Positions 1 through 10,136 of a stretch of 64,000 bases of DNA are shown in pieces. The translations under genes and the position numbers were made by a program. Numbering within the stretch: the stretch's first letter is position 1; every line of letters starts with the position of its first letter. The DNA comes from an uncultured Anaerolineales bacterium (GTDB lineage Bacteria; Chloroflexota; Anaerolineae; B4-G1), in NCBI GenBank assembly GCA_964450435.1, contig CAYVCX010000008.1, positions 6,548 through 70,547 on the forward strand, in the 5' to 3' direction. The notes below the pieces were generated by a model that saw nothing but the letters and a program-made list of their open reading frames with translations, was not told the origin of the DNA and did not search any database.

Positions 1-1
1 C

Positions 2-2896
2 CGGGGCCCCATAGGCCTACTGCAGTACATCCGTAGTGCTGTTCGCGAGCATCCGCCGGGTTACTATCTGCTCCTTTCAGCGTGGATATCGTTGGCCGGG
101 ACAAGCGAGTTTACCCTGCGCTTCCTGTCGGTCGTCATCGGGGTCATCAGCGTTGCAGCGCTGTACCGTGTAGTGCGGGGCATCGGTGGTCGATCGTTCG
201 CTCTGTTGGCGACATGCCTGCTGGCTCTGTCCCCGCTCCATATTCGGATCTCGCGTGATGCACGGATGTACGGCTTGCTAGCTCTCTGGAGTCTGTTGTC
301 CACCTTCGCCTTCGCTGCCCTGATCGACGAGGAAGGGATTGGCTGGCCGTCCTCATTGACCGAGCGTCTCGACAGAGTCCTCGGAGCTACGACGCGGACG
401 TCCAGTATTGATGGTCGTGCGTTCGTGAAATGGGGGCTCTTCTGGCTGGTGACCGGTGTGGGGATGTTCACGCACTACTTTATGGTTTTCGTGTTATTGG
501 CAGAGAATCTGTTCCTGCTCCTGACCTGGCGGCGCCATCGTCACGTGTTGCTGGGCTGGGTAGTTGTCCACGTAACCCTTGCTGGAGTGGTGGTCATCTG
601 GGCCATCTCCTCACCAGGTCTGTGGGCAACAGTCCTTTCTCTGTGGAGGAGAGGACCGACCGAGACAGTGCGTTGGGGCGCGTTCGCTTCTGGGCTCAAC
701 GGGCTTTACCTCGGGACCACTGTCCGTCCCAACTGGCGTCACTTAGGCTGGCCCCTGATCATCACGGTTCTTGGCGTGGTCCCCCTTGGGGGCCAAGGCC
801 CCTGGCCTTCGCACGGAAGGCGACGGTGGCGCTTGCTGCTGGGCCTGCTCCTTGGTGTACCGACGCTGGCTGTATTCGCTCTCCCCGAGCGTTTCACAGG
901 CCGCTATCTGACAGTTGCCCTGCCCGGTGCCGTCTTGGTAATGGCCACGGGACTGGCCAGTACGTACTGCTTCTCCAGAGAATTACTGCGTCGCAGATAT
1001 CCTGGAAGGCTATGTTCCTTGGCATCTGGCTTTGCTGCCCTTGGCTTACTCTCCTGCCTGCTGCTTGTCAGCGCCCGCGCCTATCCCGCCATCTACTTCC
1101 GTACGGGTACGAGTTTCACGGCCAAGATGGAGCATCTGCGTGCCCACGCTCAGCCTGACGATGGGCTCCTGCTTCATGGCCCGTGGCAGCAGTTGCTGCT
1201 CTCGTACTACGACGCAGGCTCACTCGCGACGTACACGGTACCACTGCGCGACCTGAGAGTGGACCGCGACCTGATGGAAGAGGTGTTGGAGGAAATACTC
1301 AGGGAGCACGATCGACTGTGGGTTTCCTACGATTCCGTCTCTCCAGTGGATCCAGACTGGGTCGTCGCGCGATGGCTCCACGAGCACAGCCATCAGGTTC
1401 TGTCCCAGAAAGGTCTGACCTTGTACGTCCAGCCGCCCGCAGACAGACCGCCGTTGCCACCCGCCGCGGCTCCCCCAGATCGTGGTGTTGCCGGAACAGG
1501 AGATCCATCTTTCCAGGTTCTGCTACCACTCACCACCAAAGGCCGAAGCACGCAGTATGACCGGGTGGAGCACGTCGGTGTTACGTTCGAAGATCAACTG
1601 CACTTGGAGGACATCGCTCTCTTCAACCTGGAGTTGAGCAGCGGCGAGGCCATATTGTTCCTCTCCCGATGGCGGGCGCTTCACAGCATCCCTGCGGGTC
1701 TAGGCATGCGGATAGAGCTGGTGAGCCCCGACGAACAAGTCTGGCAGAAATACGAGTTTGAGACGGGACCGGCCCATATCGGGTCGCAGGCGCGGGCCGC
1801 AGGTGACACATTCGTTGAGCGTCGCGGTCTGGTGATTCCAATCGGTACGCCTCCGGGCAACTACAAGCTTCGGTTGCGCGTTTTCTCATCAGGGGAGGAA
1901 TGGCTCCCTGAGGACGGGAGGGCGTTCGAGGCCAGCTGGCTCCAGGTGCGCCACTCCTCACCCAACCCCCGAGCCATCCAGGCTCTGCCTGGGCGCGAGT
2001 TGTCGGCTGACTTCGGTGGGACGCTTGAGCTGATCGGCTACGCTCCGTGGGGCCGCGATTTCACGCTAGGCAATCCCCTGTTGTTCGATATCTACTGGAA
2101 AGCCCTCGACGTCCCTGAAGACAACTACGAAGTGAAGCTTGAAGTAGTGAATGGAGGAGGAGCAGTACTGACAGAGAAGCGTGTCCAGCCGGTTGCCGAC
2201 TGGCACCCCACGAGTTCTTGGAAGCCAGGCGGGATACTCAAAGGGCACTACGCGATTCCAACGCCAGTGGATGCCGCACCTGGGCGGTACCGGGTCCGGC
2301 TGTCGGTCATCGCCTCTGATGGTTCAGCACTGCCGCTGAGGGGGGTGCGTTCCCAGAAAGTCCTCGACTGGTGGGAGCGGGAAAAGGAACTGTCCGGCAC
2401 AAGCCTCGTGCTGTTCGAAGGTAAGCTCGAGTCTCGGCCGCGTCGGTATCGAGCTCCGGCCATGGATCATCGGACAGGTGCCGTGTTTGGCACTGGCCCC
2501 GATCAGCGGACCGTGGAACTGCTGGGATACGACTTGATCGGTGCCCCTATCGCACCGGGTGATTCAGTGGAGGTTACCCTCTACTGGAAAACGCTGCAAA
2601 GGATGGATCGTGTGTACGCCGTCTTCAACCACTTGGTCGCTGCTGACGGAGAAATGCTGGCACAGCAAGATGGCTGGCCCCGGCAGGGGACATACCATAC
2701 CACTCACTGGCTGCCAGGCGAAGTTGTCGAGGATCATTATACGATCGAGGTACCGCCAGACACCCCGCCAGGCGAGTACACCCTCCGGATCGGGATGTAC
2801 GATGCTGTCACGACAGAGCGCCTCCTGTGCTGGGTTGAGGGCGCGCCGGTTCCGGAACGGTACATCGAGTTGGCCTCGATGACCATCGGGAAGTGA
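2..2896 (+). CDS. GT-C fold glycosyltransferase, family 39 (PMT/ArnT-like) with C-terminal repeated beta-rich domains; 5' end lies outside window
   Basis: The reading frame is open from the window edge. HPPGYYLL motif and many TM helices are typical of GT39. The C-terminal ~110-aa repeats (LxGYxL..VxLYW..HL..DG.P..G.Y.T..W..G..) are shared with the next two genes. The stop overlaps the next start (GTGA). Confidence 0.7.
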   Translation, partial: RGPIGLLQYIRSAVREHPPGYYLLLSAWISLAGTSEFTLRFLSVVIGVISVAALYRVVRGIGGRSFALLATCLLALSPLHIRISRDARMYGLLALWSLLSTFAFAALIDEEGIGWPSSLTERLDRVLGATTRTSSIDGRAFVKWGLFWLVTGVGMFTHYFMVFVLLAENLFLLLTWRRHRHVLLGWVVVHVTLAGVVVIWAISSPGLWATVLSLWRRGPTETVRWGAFASGLNGLYLGTTVRPNWRHLGWPLIITVLGVVPLGGQGPWPSHGRRRWRLLLGLLLGVPTLAVFALPERFTGRYLTVALPGAVLVMATGLASTYCFSRELLRRRYPGRLCSLASGFAALGLLSCLLLVSARAYPAIYFRTGTSFTAKMEHLRAHAQPDDGLLLHGPWQQLLLSYYDAGSLATYTVPLRDLRVDRDLMEEVLEEILREHDRLWVSYDSVSPVDPDWVVARWLHEHSHQVLSQKGLTLYVQPPADRPPLPPAAAPPDRGVAGTGDPSFQVLLPLTTKGRSTQYDRVEHVGVTFEDQLHLEDIALFNLELSSGEAILFLSRWRALHSIPAGLGMRIELVSPDEQVWQKYEFETGPAHIGSQARAAGDTFVERRGLVIPIGTPPGNYKLRLRVFSSGEEWLPEDGRAFEASWLQVRHSSPNPRAIQALPGRELSADFGGTLELIGYAPWGRDFTLGNPLLFDIYWKALDVPEDNYEVKLEVVNGGGAVLTEKRVQPVADWHPTSSWKPGGILKGHYAIPTPVDAAPGRYRVRLSVIASDGSALPLRGVRSQKVLDWWEREKELSGTSLVLFEGKLESRPRRYRAPAMDHRTGAVFGTGPDQRTVELLGYDLIGAPIAPGDSVEVTLYWKTLQRMDRVYAVFNHLVAADGEMLAQQDGWPRQGTYHTTHWLPGEVVEDHYTIEVPPDTPPGEYTLRIGMYDAVTTERLLCWVEGAPVPERYIELASMTIGK

Positions 2897-2913
2897 CGGG
2901 TACGAGGGGTAGA

Positions 2914-5262
2914 ATGCAGCGGAAGAGGGAGTTGAATCCGTCTGGAGGTCATACTCCACGGCTCTGGCGATCAGTCGTGAATCACTGGTCGTTGGCACTG
3001 TGCCTCCTGCTATATCTGACCGTGACCATACTGTACAGTCTGACTGTCCCCATCTTCGAGACTCCCGATGCAAACGGGCATTACGCCTACATCCACGAAC
3101 TGACCGAGGGGCGCGGGCTGCCGGTGCAAGGCGAACCGTCCGGGAGCAGAGTGACCGGCTACGTGGCAAGCCATCCGCCGCTTTACTATGCTCTCTGCGC
3201 TGCGCTGAGTTGGTGGGTGCCTGACGATGTCGATTTTGAGGACTGGGCCTGGCGGAACCCTCATCAGACAATGGGCGATCCCGACCGGACGGCAAACAAG
3301 AACATCCTGGTCCACACATCGGCTGAGGAGTTCCCCTGGCGGGGGACCCCTCTCACGATGCACATCGCTCGCCTCGTCTCAACGTTGCTCGGTGCCCTGG
3401 CTGTGGCTGCGACGTACGCTATCGCCCTGGAGCTCTTTCCGCAACGGCGATGGCTGGCCCTGGGAGCGACAAGCCTGGTTGCCTTCAACCCGATGTTTGT
3501 GTTTACGGGCGCACGGGTGAGCAATGATGCAGCCGTGGCCGCCTTTGCCTCTCTCAGTATCTGGGGGGCGGTCCGTCTTGTGGTGAAAGACCTGTCTCGA
3601 AGAGGATTAGTGCTGACCGGCACGGCTCTCGGACTAGCGGTGCTTTCGAAGCTGAGTGGGCTCGTCCTCGCTCCTGTTGTCGCTCTTGCCCTGCTGGTCA
3701 ACAGCCTACACCGGTGGGACGAGAGGTCAGAGGAAAGCTGGCAGCAGAAGTTGTCAGCGCTCATGGGGCGCTGGGCACTGGTAGGCCTGACGGTGCTGGC
3801 TGTCACTGGCTGGTGGTTCGCTCGCAACGTGGTCCTGTACGATGAGCTGATGGGCGTCGAGGCCTGGCTCAGCCACACAGCCACGGTGCGCTCCGATCCC
3901 ATAGGCGTGCTAGATGTTGTCAGGGAGCTCAGCGGCCTGGAGAAGTCGTACTGGGCGATGTTCGGCTGGTTTAATGTCGCGGTGGCCCCCTGGATGTACA
4001 GGTTCTGGTGGGTGTTGGTACGCGCAGCTTTCCTAGCTTTGGGGCTTGTCGTAGTGGATCAAGTGTCGTCCCGACGACTGACTCGCCGGGTACAGTGGGG
4101 GCTGGTGATTCTGGTCGCCGCTGTACTCCTCAACTTCGGCTCGGTCTGGCGCTTTATCATGACAGTGCTAGGTGCGCAGGGACGATATCTGATGCCCGTC
4201 GTCGCCCCGATTTCTATCCTGTTGATGCTGGGCCTGGGGCGCCTGGTGCCGAGGGCGCTGCATCCATCCCGCTGGCGGTACGGACTGGCGGCCCTCATCG
4301 GCGTGACCCACGTCGTGCTCACGCTGATCTGTCTGGTGTTCTTCATACTACCGGCCTATGCCAAGCCGGCAGTCGTGACAGAGGACGAGATCCCCGAAGC
4401 GATGACTCGCCTGGATCTGTCGTTCGAGGGGACGCCCGTAGTTCTCCTCGGTGGACAGGTCGAGGCAGAGAGTGTGTCGCCGGGGGATCGGGTCTCAGTG
4501 AGCCTCTACTGGCGAGCCAGAGAGCCTTCAGAGCAAGACTACGTTGCTTTCCTGCAAATCCTGGGACGAGAGATGGAGCCGATCGCGGGGGTGGACTGCT
4601 ATCCGGGCGCTGGGACCTTCCCCCCTACGCTTTGGGAACCCGGCGTGGTCTATCGCGATCGCTACCACCTGGCCGTCGCCGCCGACGCGCTGAGCCCAAC
4701 CGCAGGTGTGCTTCACGCCGGTCTTTACACAGAGGAAGGAGAACGCCTATCGATCCGCCGCTCTGCTGACCAGCCGCTGTTGGACTTAGCTCTTCTGGAC
4801 CGGGTAGCAGTTCGCCCGCACGAGCCTGTCTCCGCCGACATCGCCCACAGGGTGAACGCGCGTTTCGGAGAGTCCATCACCCTGGTGGGATACGATATCT
4901 CGGACGAGAGCGTAAAACGCGGCGATGCAGTCACCGTCACCCTGGTGTGGCACACGGAGGCTGCGCTGGATACCGATTACACAGCCTTTGTCCATCTGAT
5001 AGACTCTGACGCGGACCTGGTCGTCCAGAGCGACCATCCACCCCTGAACGGTGCATACCCCACCTCTCTGTGGAAGGCCGGCGACGTCGTGCGAGACTTG
5101 CATCGCCTGACCATCGATCACGCTGCTGCGTCCGGTGCTTGCACACTGTCGATAGGTATGTACAATCCGGAGACGAATGAGCGCTTACCAGCCTACAAGG
5201 AACGGAACGACACCCGATTCAAGGACGACATCATTGTCGTTGGTGGGGTGACTATCGAATGA
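2914..5262 (+). CDS. GT39/PMT-ArnT-like membrane glycosyltransferase paralogue 2 with C-terminal repeat domains
   Basis: HPPLYY motif, TM-rich N-terminal half, and C-terminal repeats homologous to genes 1 and 3. The ATG at 2914 has a GAGGGG Shine-Dalgarno. An alternative GTG at 2893 overlaps the upstream stop. Confidence 0.7.
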   Translation: MQRKRELNPSGGHTPRLWRSVVNHWSLALCLLLYLTVTILYSLTVPIFETPDANGHYAYIHELTEGRGLPVQGEPSGSRVTGYVASHPPLYYALCAALSWWVPDDVDFEDWAWRNPHQTMGDPDRTANKNILVHTSAEEFPWRGTPLTMHIARLVSTLLGALAVAATYAIALELFPQRRWLALGATSLVAFNPMFVFTGARVSNDAAVAAFASLSIWGAVRLVVKDLSRRGLVLTGTALGLAVLSKLSGLVLAPVVALALLVNSLHRWDERSEESWQQKLSALMGRWALVGLTVLAVTGWWFARNVVLYDELMGVEAWLSHTATVRSDPIGVLDVVRELSGLEKSYWAMFGWFNVAVAPWMYRFWWVLVRAAFLALGLVVVDQVSSRRLTRRVQWGLVILVAAVLLNFGSVWRFIMTVLGAQGRYLMPVVAPISILLMLGLGRLVPRALHPSRWRYGLAALIGVTHVVLTLICLVFFILPAYAKPAVVTEDEIPEAMTRLDLSFEGTPVVLLGGQVEAESVSPGDRVSVSLYWRAREPSEQDYVAFLQILGREMEPIAGVDCYPGAGTFPPTLWEPGVVYRDRYHLAVAADALSPTAGVLHAGLYTEEGERLSIRRSADQPLLDLALLDRVAVRPHEPVSADIAHRVNARFGESITLVGYDISDESVKRGDAVTVTLVWHTEAALDTDYTAFVHLIDSDADLVVQSDHPPLNGAYPTSLWKAGDVVRDLHRLTIDHAAASGACTLSIGMYNPETNERLPAYKERNDTRFKDDIIVVGGVTIE

Positions 5263-7535
5263 TCCGACCCAGACTGTCATCCCGGCAGATGCTGGCCTCT
5301 ATCGTCATTCTATACCTGCTAGGCGGCGTTGTATACAGCTTAGTCACCCCGGTTATGGAGGCCTCCGACGAATTCAAGCACTACCCATACGTTCAGTACG
5401 TTCAGACGCAGCACGATTTGCCCGTGCTCGACCCGTCCGTCTGCCTGGATACCCCAAGCGAATGTCCCTGGCTGCAAGACGGTGGACAGCCTCCGACCTA
5501 CTACGTTCTTCTTGCGGCGGCCACGTCGTGGATAGATACCTCCGATCTCGCCGACCTCCGTCGCGTCAACTGGCACGCCTTCATCGGCGATCCAGGCCAG
5601 GTCTGCAACAAGAACTTGATCATCCATCGTCCGATCCAAGAACAATTTCCCTGGAAGGGCACGGTCCTGGCGATCCACGTGAGCCGTTTCGTCACGGTGG
5701 CGATAGGCGCCGGCACCGTCATAATGACCTATCTCACAGCTCGTACGTTATTCCCCGATCATCCTGCCCTGACACTCGGTGCCACCGCGTTGACCGCCTT
5801 TAACCCTATGTTCATCTTCGTCAACGCTTCAGTGAACAACGATGCCTTGACCACCTTCTTCGGCTGCCTGAACCTGCTCATGTTATTGCATCTGACGCGC
5901 GATGGCCTAGAGAGGGCGCTCCCGCTCTGGCGGTACGGATTGGTGGGAGTCACGATGGGTTTCTTTATGCTGACCAAACTGAGCGCTCTGACAGCCCTTA
6001 TGCTACTCCCCGCCGTGCTGGCCTGGGTCAGCTACCGCCGGCGAAGTTGGCGCCCACTCACAGTAGGTCTGCCTCTCATCGTCGTGGTGACCGCCCTGAT
6101 GAGTGGGTGGTGGTTTGTACGCAATTTCCGCCTCTACGGTGACTTGACCGGGCTGAATGCCTTCGTCAAGATTCAGGGAACGCGCGGCGGGTTTCCTTCG
6201 CTCCGCGATTGGGTGGAGGAATTCGTCACGTTTCGCTGGACGTACTGGGGGCTGTTCGGCGGGGTAAATGTAATGGCCCCAGTCTGGGTCTATCGTTTCT
6301 TCGACGCGCTGTCACTGCTCGGCCTGATCGGGTTTGTCAAGTGGTCAGTGAAGAGCGGTGAGCTTCGTCGCCTATGGATTGCTTTCCGTCGTCCCGAATC
6401 CCCTTCTCATACCTCGCTGTGGTGGATTCCTGCGCTGTGGGTGGGGATCCTCTTCCTCTCGGTATTGAGATGGACGTGGATCTACTACGCGTTTCAAGGT
6501 CGGTTTTTGTTTCCCAGCATTGGTGGCATCAGCACGCTGCTGATGGTCGGCCTCCATCAGTGGCTGCCGAACGAGTATCGTCCTCTCTTGAGCCTGGGTG
6601 TAGGATTGACCGTGTTGATGATCGCTGCGATGCTTCCCTTCGCTTCGATACGGCCCGCCTACGCTCATCCGGAGGCCCTAGCTCTCTCGGACATACCCCC
6701 GGGCGCCCGCGTGGAGCCGGTGCAGATTGGCAGTGTGGCTCGGGTCGTGGGGTGGGAGTTTGAGAGACAGACCGTAGCGCCGGGTGATTCCAACGTCTAC
6801 GTCGATCTTGTGGTCTACTGGCAGGCTGTGGCGCCCGATGGTGGCGATTACATCAGCTTTGCCCACTTGTTGGGGCGTGACAACGAGGTCGTCGGGAAGA
6901 TCAATCGCCGGCCCGCCTGCGGCATGGTTCCGACAGATTTGTGGGAACCCGGTCAGGTGTGGCGCGATCCCTATCGCATCCCAGTTGCGGATGACGCCCG
7001 GGCGCCGAGCAGGCTGCGCGTCGAGGCGGGTCTGTACAATCCCGAAGCCGACGAAACGCTGGGCGTGGTGCAGATAGGGGAAGCGAAGCTGGCTCCACCC
7101 GACCCACCGCTTGACATCGAGAATCCTCTGACGGTGGAGTTGGGAGATGGCATCACGTTCGCCGGATACGATCTTGCGCCAACAGGGGTGACCCCGGGAG
7201 AGGCTATCACGGTGACGCTGTATTGGAGGGCCAGAGAGGCGCCCTCGTCAGACTATCAGGTTTTCGTACACCTGCTTGAAGCCGATCCCCAGCCGGTGGC
7301 CCAGGGAGACGGGCCCCCGATGAAGGGCTACTACCCGACGTCCATGTGGGCAGCAGGCGATACTCTCTCTGATCCACATCGGTTGTCGCTGCCGAAAGAC
7401 CTACCCGTCGGGCAATATCGCCTCTCGGTGGGCATGTACAGCTTGAAGACAATGGACCGACTGCCCCGGTTAGATGGTAAGGGCACCAGCATCGAGATTC
7501 CTGCGACGGTGACGGTCACTCGGCCTGAGGATTGA
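5259..7535 (+). CDS. GT39/PMT-ArnT-like membrane glycosyltransferase paralogue 3 with C-terminal repeat domains
   Basis: ATGA start/stop overlap with the upstream gene. QPPTYY motif and TM-rich N-terminus. C-terminal repeats include ITFAGYDL..VTLYW..FVHL..GYYPTSMW... Confidence 0.7.
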   Translation: MIRPRLSSRQMLASIVILYLLGGVVYSLVTPVMEASDEFKHYPYVQYVQTQHDLPVLDPSVCLDTPSECPWLQDGGQPPTYYVLLAAATSWIDTSDLADLRRVNWHAFIGDPGQVCNKNLIIHRPIQEQFPWKGTVLAIHVSRFVTVAIGAGTVIMTYLTARTLFPDHPALTLGATALTAFNPMFIFVNASVNNDALTTFFGCLNLLMLLHLTRDGLERALPLWRYGLVGVTMGFFMLTKLSALTALMLLPAVLAWVSYRRRSWRPLTVGLPLIVVVTALMSGWWFVRNFRLYGDLTGLNAFVKIQGTRGGFPSLRDWVEEFVTFRWTYWGLFGGVNVMAPVWVYRFFDALSLLGLIGFVKWSVKSGELRRLWIAFRRPESPSHTSLWWIPALWVGILFLSVLRWTWIYYAFQGRFLFPSIGGISTLLMVGLHQWLPNEYRPLLSLGVGLTVLMIAAMLPFASIRPAYAHPEALALSDIPPGARVEPVQIGSVARVVGWEFERQTVAPGDSNVYVDLVVYWQAVAPDGGDYISFAHLLGRDNEVVGKINRRPACGMVPTDLWEPGQVWRDPYRIPVADDARAPSRLRVEAGLYNPEADETLGVVQIGEAKLAPPDPPLDIENPLTVELGDGITFAGYDLAPTGVTPGEAITVTLYWRAREAPSSDYQVFVHLLEADPQPVAQGDGPPMKGYYPTSMWAAGDTLSDPHRLSLPKDLPVGQYRLSVGMYSLKTMDRLPRLDGKGTSIEIPATVTVTRPED

Positions 7536-7539
7536 GGTT

Positions 7540-9027
7540 GTGACATCTCAGGATTGGCTCTATCGCATCTTCGCCTCCCGCCTCCGTTGGCTCTCCGCCC
7601 TGGCCACGCTGACGGTCTGTTCGGTGCTGGCGCTGGGAGCCGGCTATGTACTGGCCGAGTTCGGCCCGCTGGCTGCGGGAGCAGGGATAGTCACGCTGTT
7701 CCTTAGTCTGTGGATACTACGCGACATTGAGGTTGCCTATTGGTCCCTAATCGGCATTGTCTGTTTACTGCCCTTCGCGTCGTTCCCGTTCGCCATCGGG
7801 TTCACGCCCACGTTCCTCGATGCGGCGCTGGGGGCACTCTTCCTCACCTGGCTTCTCCAGCTTGCCGGCGACGCTCAAAGCGAGCTCATCGCCACACCGT
7901 TGGGGTTGCCGGTCGTGGCCTTCATGCTGCTGGCAGTGGGCACGTTCATATTCGGGCTGGCGCACGTTCCACTGGCCCTCGGTTTCCTGCAGTACTACCT
8001 ACGACACTTCGGCGAGGTGATGCTCAGCGTGGCCCTCTTCTTCCTCGTGGTCAACACCGTGCAGGACGAAGGACGGCTGCGACGCATCGTGCGCGCGCTG
8101 ATCCTGGGAGCTTCGGGCGCTGCCCTGCTGGGCACGGGGCTGTACATCATCGCCGACCAGGTCTCAAGCGATTTCGTCATTCGCATCCTCTCAGCCCTCG
8201 GGCGGGTCGGCTATCCCACCGGGCCAGGCGTGCTGCGCTACATTCGGGAAAACCCTGAGCTGCCGATGCGGGCCACGTCCACATCGGTGGACCCTAACGT
8301 GCTGGGAAGTCTGCTCAACCTGGCGCTGGCGATCAGCGTGCCGCAGCTTTTGGCCGCGCGCCCCCTGATTCGTCGCCGTTACCTCCTGCCGATGTTGGGT
8401 ATTATGGCCCTCTGCCTGGGCCTAACGATGAGCCGCGGCTCGATGGTCGGTCTGGGAGCCGCGCTGGTGGTGCTATCTGCGCTGCGTTACGGCAAGCTGT
8501 GGTTCCTGCTGATTGGTGCAGTGGCGCTCTTACTCCTACTACCCCAGACTCGGGGTCTGGTGCTGCATTTCGTCGAGGGGTTCATGATCCAGGATCTGGC
8601 CACCCAGATGCGTATGGGCGAGTACAAGGATGCACTGATCCTGATTCAACGCCATCGGCTGCTCGGGGTCGGCTTCGCGGGCTCTCCGGACATCGACACC
8701 TACATCGGCGTGGCCAACGTGTATCTGCTCATCGCCCAACAGATGGGCCTGATCGGCCTAGCCAGCTTCTTGATCGTGATGAGTGTGCTTCTGGTGCGCT
8801 TCTGGCGCACACGGCATATGGCAGTCGACACACGCCTGGAACCACTGTGGTGGGGGCTGCACGCAGGAGTCGTTGGAGCCCTGGCGGGCGGCATCTTCGA
8901 CCATTACTTCTTCAACCTAGACTTTCACCACTCGGTCACACTCTTCTGGCTCGTCGTCGGATTGGCAACGGCAGCGACAGAGCTAATCCGCAAGGGTGCA
9001 AGGCGACAGGACAGTCCGACAGTTTAG
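7540..9027 (+). CDS. O-antigen ligase / polymerase family membrane protein (Wzy_C domain)
   Basis: About 12 TM helices. Central loop ...TMSRGSMVGLGAALVVL... is typical of the WaaL/Wzy family. It starts 4 nt after the previous stop. Confidence 0.65.
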   Translation: MTSQDWLYRIFASRLRWLSALATLTVCSVLALGAGYVLAEFGPLAAGAGIVTLFLSLWILRDIEVAYWSLIGIVCLLPFASFPFAIGFTPTFLDAALGALFLTWLLQLAGDAQSELIATPLGLPVVAFMLLAVGTFIFGLAHVPLALGFLQYYLRHFGEVMLSVALFFLVVNTVQDEGRLRRIVRALILGASGAALLGTGLYIIADQVSSDFVIRILSALGRVGYPTGPGVLRYIRENPELPMRATSTSVDPNVLGSLLNLALAISVPQLLAARPLIRRRYLLPMLGIMALCLGLTMSRGSMVGLGAALVVLSALRYGKLWFLLIGAVALLLLLPQTRGLVLHFVEGFMIQDLATQMRMGEYKDALILIQRHRLLGVGFAGSPDIDTYIGVANVYLLIAQQMGLIGLASFLIVMSVLLVRFWRTRHMAVDTRLEPLWWGLHAGVVGALAGGIFDHYFFNLDFHHSVTLFWLVVGLATAATELIRKGARRQDSPTV

Positions 9028-9394
9028 CCATCAAGCCGTGCTTGGCTCTCGCCACCGGGCCATGGCCTGAACCGCTCAACACCACGTGCCACGCCTTCGT
9101 CTCGAGCACGATTCCCGACACTCGCTGGGCCTCTCTCACGAGCAAGGTCTTGGGTGACAGGCCTCAGGGGCTGACCTGAAAGGCACCGTGGCAGAAGGAA
9201 GGAAGGAAGAGGAACCCGTAGAGGCAGCCCGCACCTATTGGCTATCTCCAGACGTGTCGGCTGAGGCCAGGATTGACAGGTTGTTCTGAGCAGCCAGGGA
9301 TCCACCATGTTAGCTCGGAGGGACGGCTTAGATAACTCACCAGCCCACCCCAATCCCGTACACCGCGCGTTCACTCGCTACCTTGAGGTATGCG

Positions 9395-9403
9395 TGTTAT
9401 AAT
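9395..9403 (+). promoter_or_regulatory. extended -10 element TGTTATAAT upstream of M50 protease gene
   Basis: Identical 9-mer to the one at 16850. Confidence 0.3.
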
Positions 9404-9483
9404 CAATTGGATTTGAAGACGGAATGAGATCCCAAGGCACTTGTGGCCCTGGGCATCTCCACAAGATATAGAGGCAAAGGACA

Positions 9484-10122
9484 TTGTTGGGAAATCTCCT
9501 TGATCCGAACCGGCTGATTACGCTGGCCATACTGTTTCTGACCAGCATGCCCCTTCACGAGTGGGCGCATGCCTGGGCGGCATATCAGTTGGGCGATGAC
9601 ACAGCTGCCCGACGAGGACGGATGACCATAAACCCGCTGGCGCATCTCGATCCGGTCGGGACGATCTCTCTGGTGCTTTTCGGCTTTGGGTGGGGAAAGC
9701 CGGTGCCTGTAAGTCCTTATCGTCTGCGCGGAGACTTGCGCCGCAACCACGCGCTTGTGAGCATCGCCGGTCCCCTCTCCAACCTACTGCTGGCGATGCT
9801 GGGAGCGATTCCGTTTCGGCTCGGTTGGTTGAGTCTGTACGGCCGTGCTTCTGTGATCAGTCCGCAGGGCATTTTGATGCAATTCATCAGCATCAATCTG
9901 GCCCTGATGGCCTTCAACCTGATCCCCTTCCCCCCTCTCGATGGTTCTCGGGTACTGGTCTGGCTGCTGCCGCGTCAGTGGGCAACGAAATTCGAGCGAC
10001 TTGAGCAGTTCGGTGGGCCGGGACTGATGCTGGTATTGTACCTGATGTCAAGGACGGGCGTGCTTGGGATGGTCATGAACCCGCTGATGAGCTTCATGTT
10101 TCGAGCGCTGCTCGTCTACTGA
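9484..10122 (+). CDS. M50 family (site-2 protease-like) zinc metalloprotease
   Basis: HEWAH zinc motif within a TM helix, with a multi-TM organisation. The start is a TTG in the ORF track, and a later ATG is also possible. Confidence 0.6.
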   Translation: MLGNLLDPNRLITLAILFLTSMPLHEWAHAWAAYQLGDDTAARRGRMTINPLAHLDPVGTISLVLFGFGWGKPVPVSPYRLRGDLRRNHALVSIAGPLSNLLLAMLGAIPFRLGWLSLYGRASVISPQGILMQFISINLALMAFNLIPFPPLDGSRVLVWLLPRQWATKFERLEQFGGPGLMLVLYLMSRTGVLGMVMNPLMSFMFRALLVY

Positions 10123-10136
10123 CGCATCTGACGGCG

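Noticed and set aside
430-1158. 242-aa alternative-frame ORF inside the first GT39 gene (and 3264..3902 minus, 4008..4769 plus)
   Set aside because: They overlap strongly supported coding frames. Composition is R/P/S-rich and typical of off-frame GC-rich sequence.
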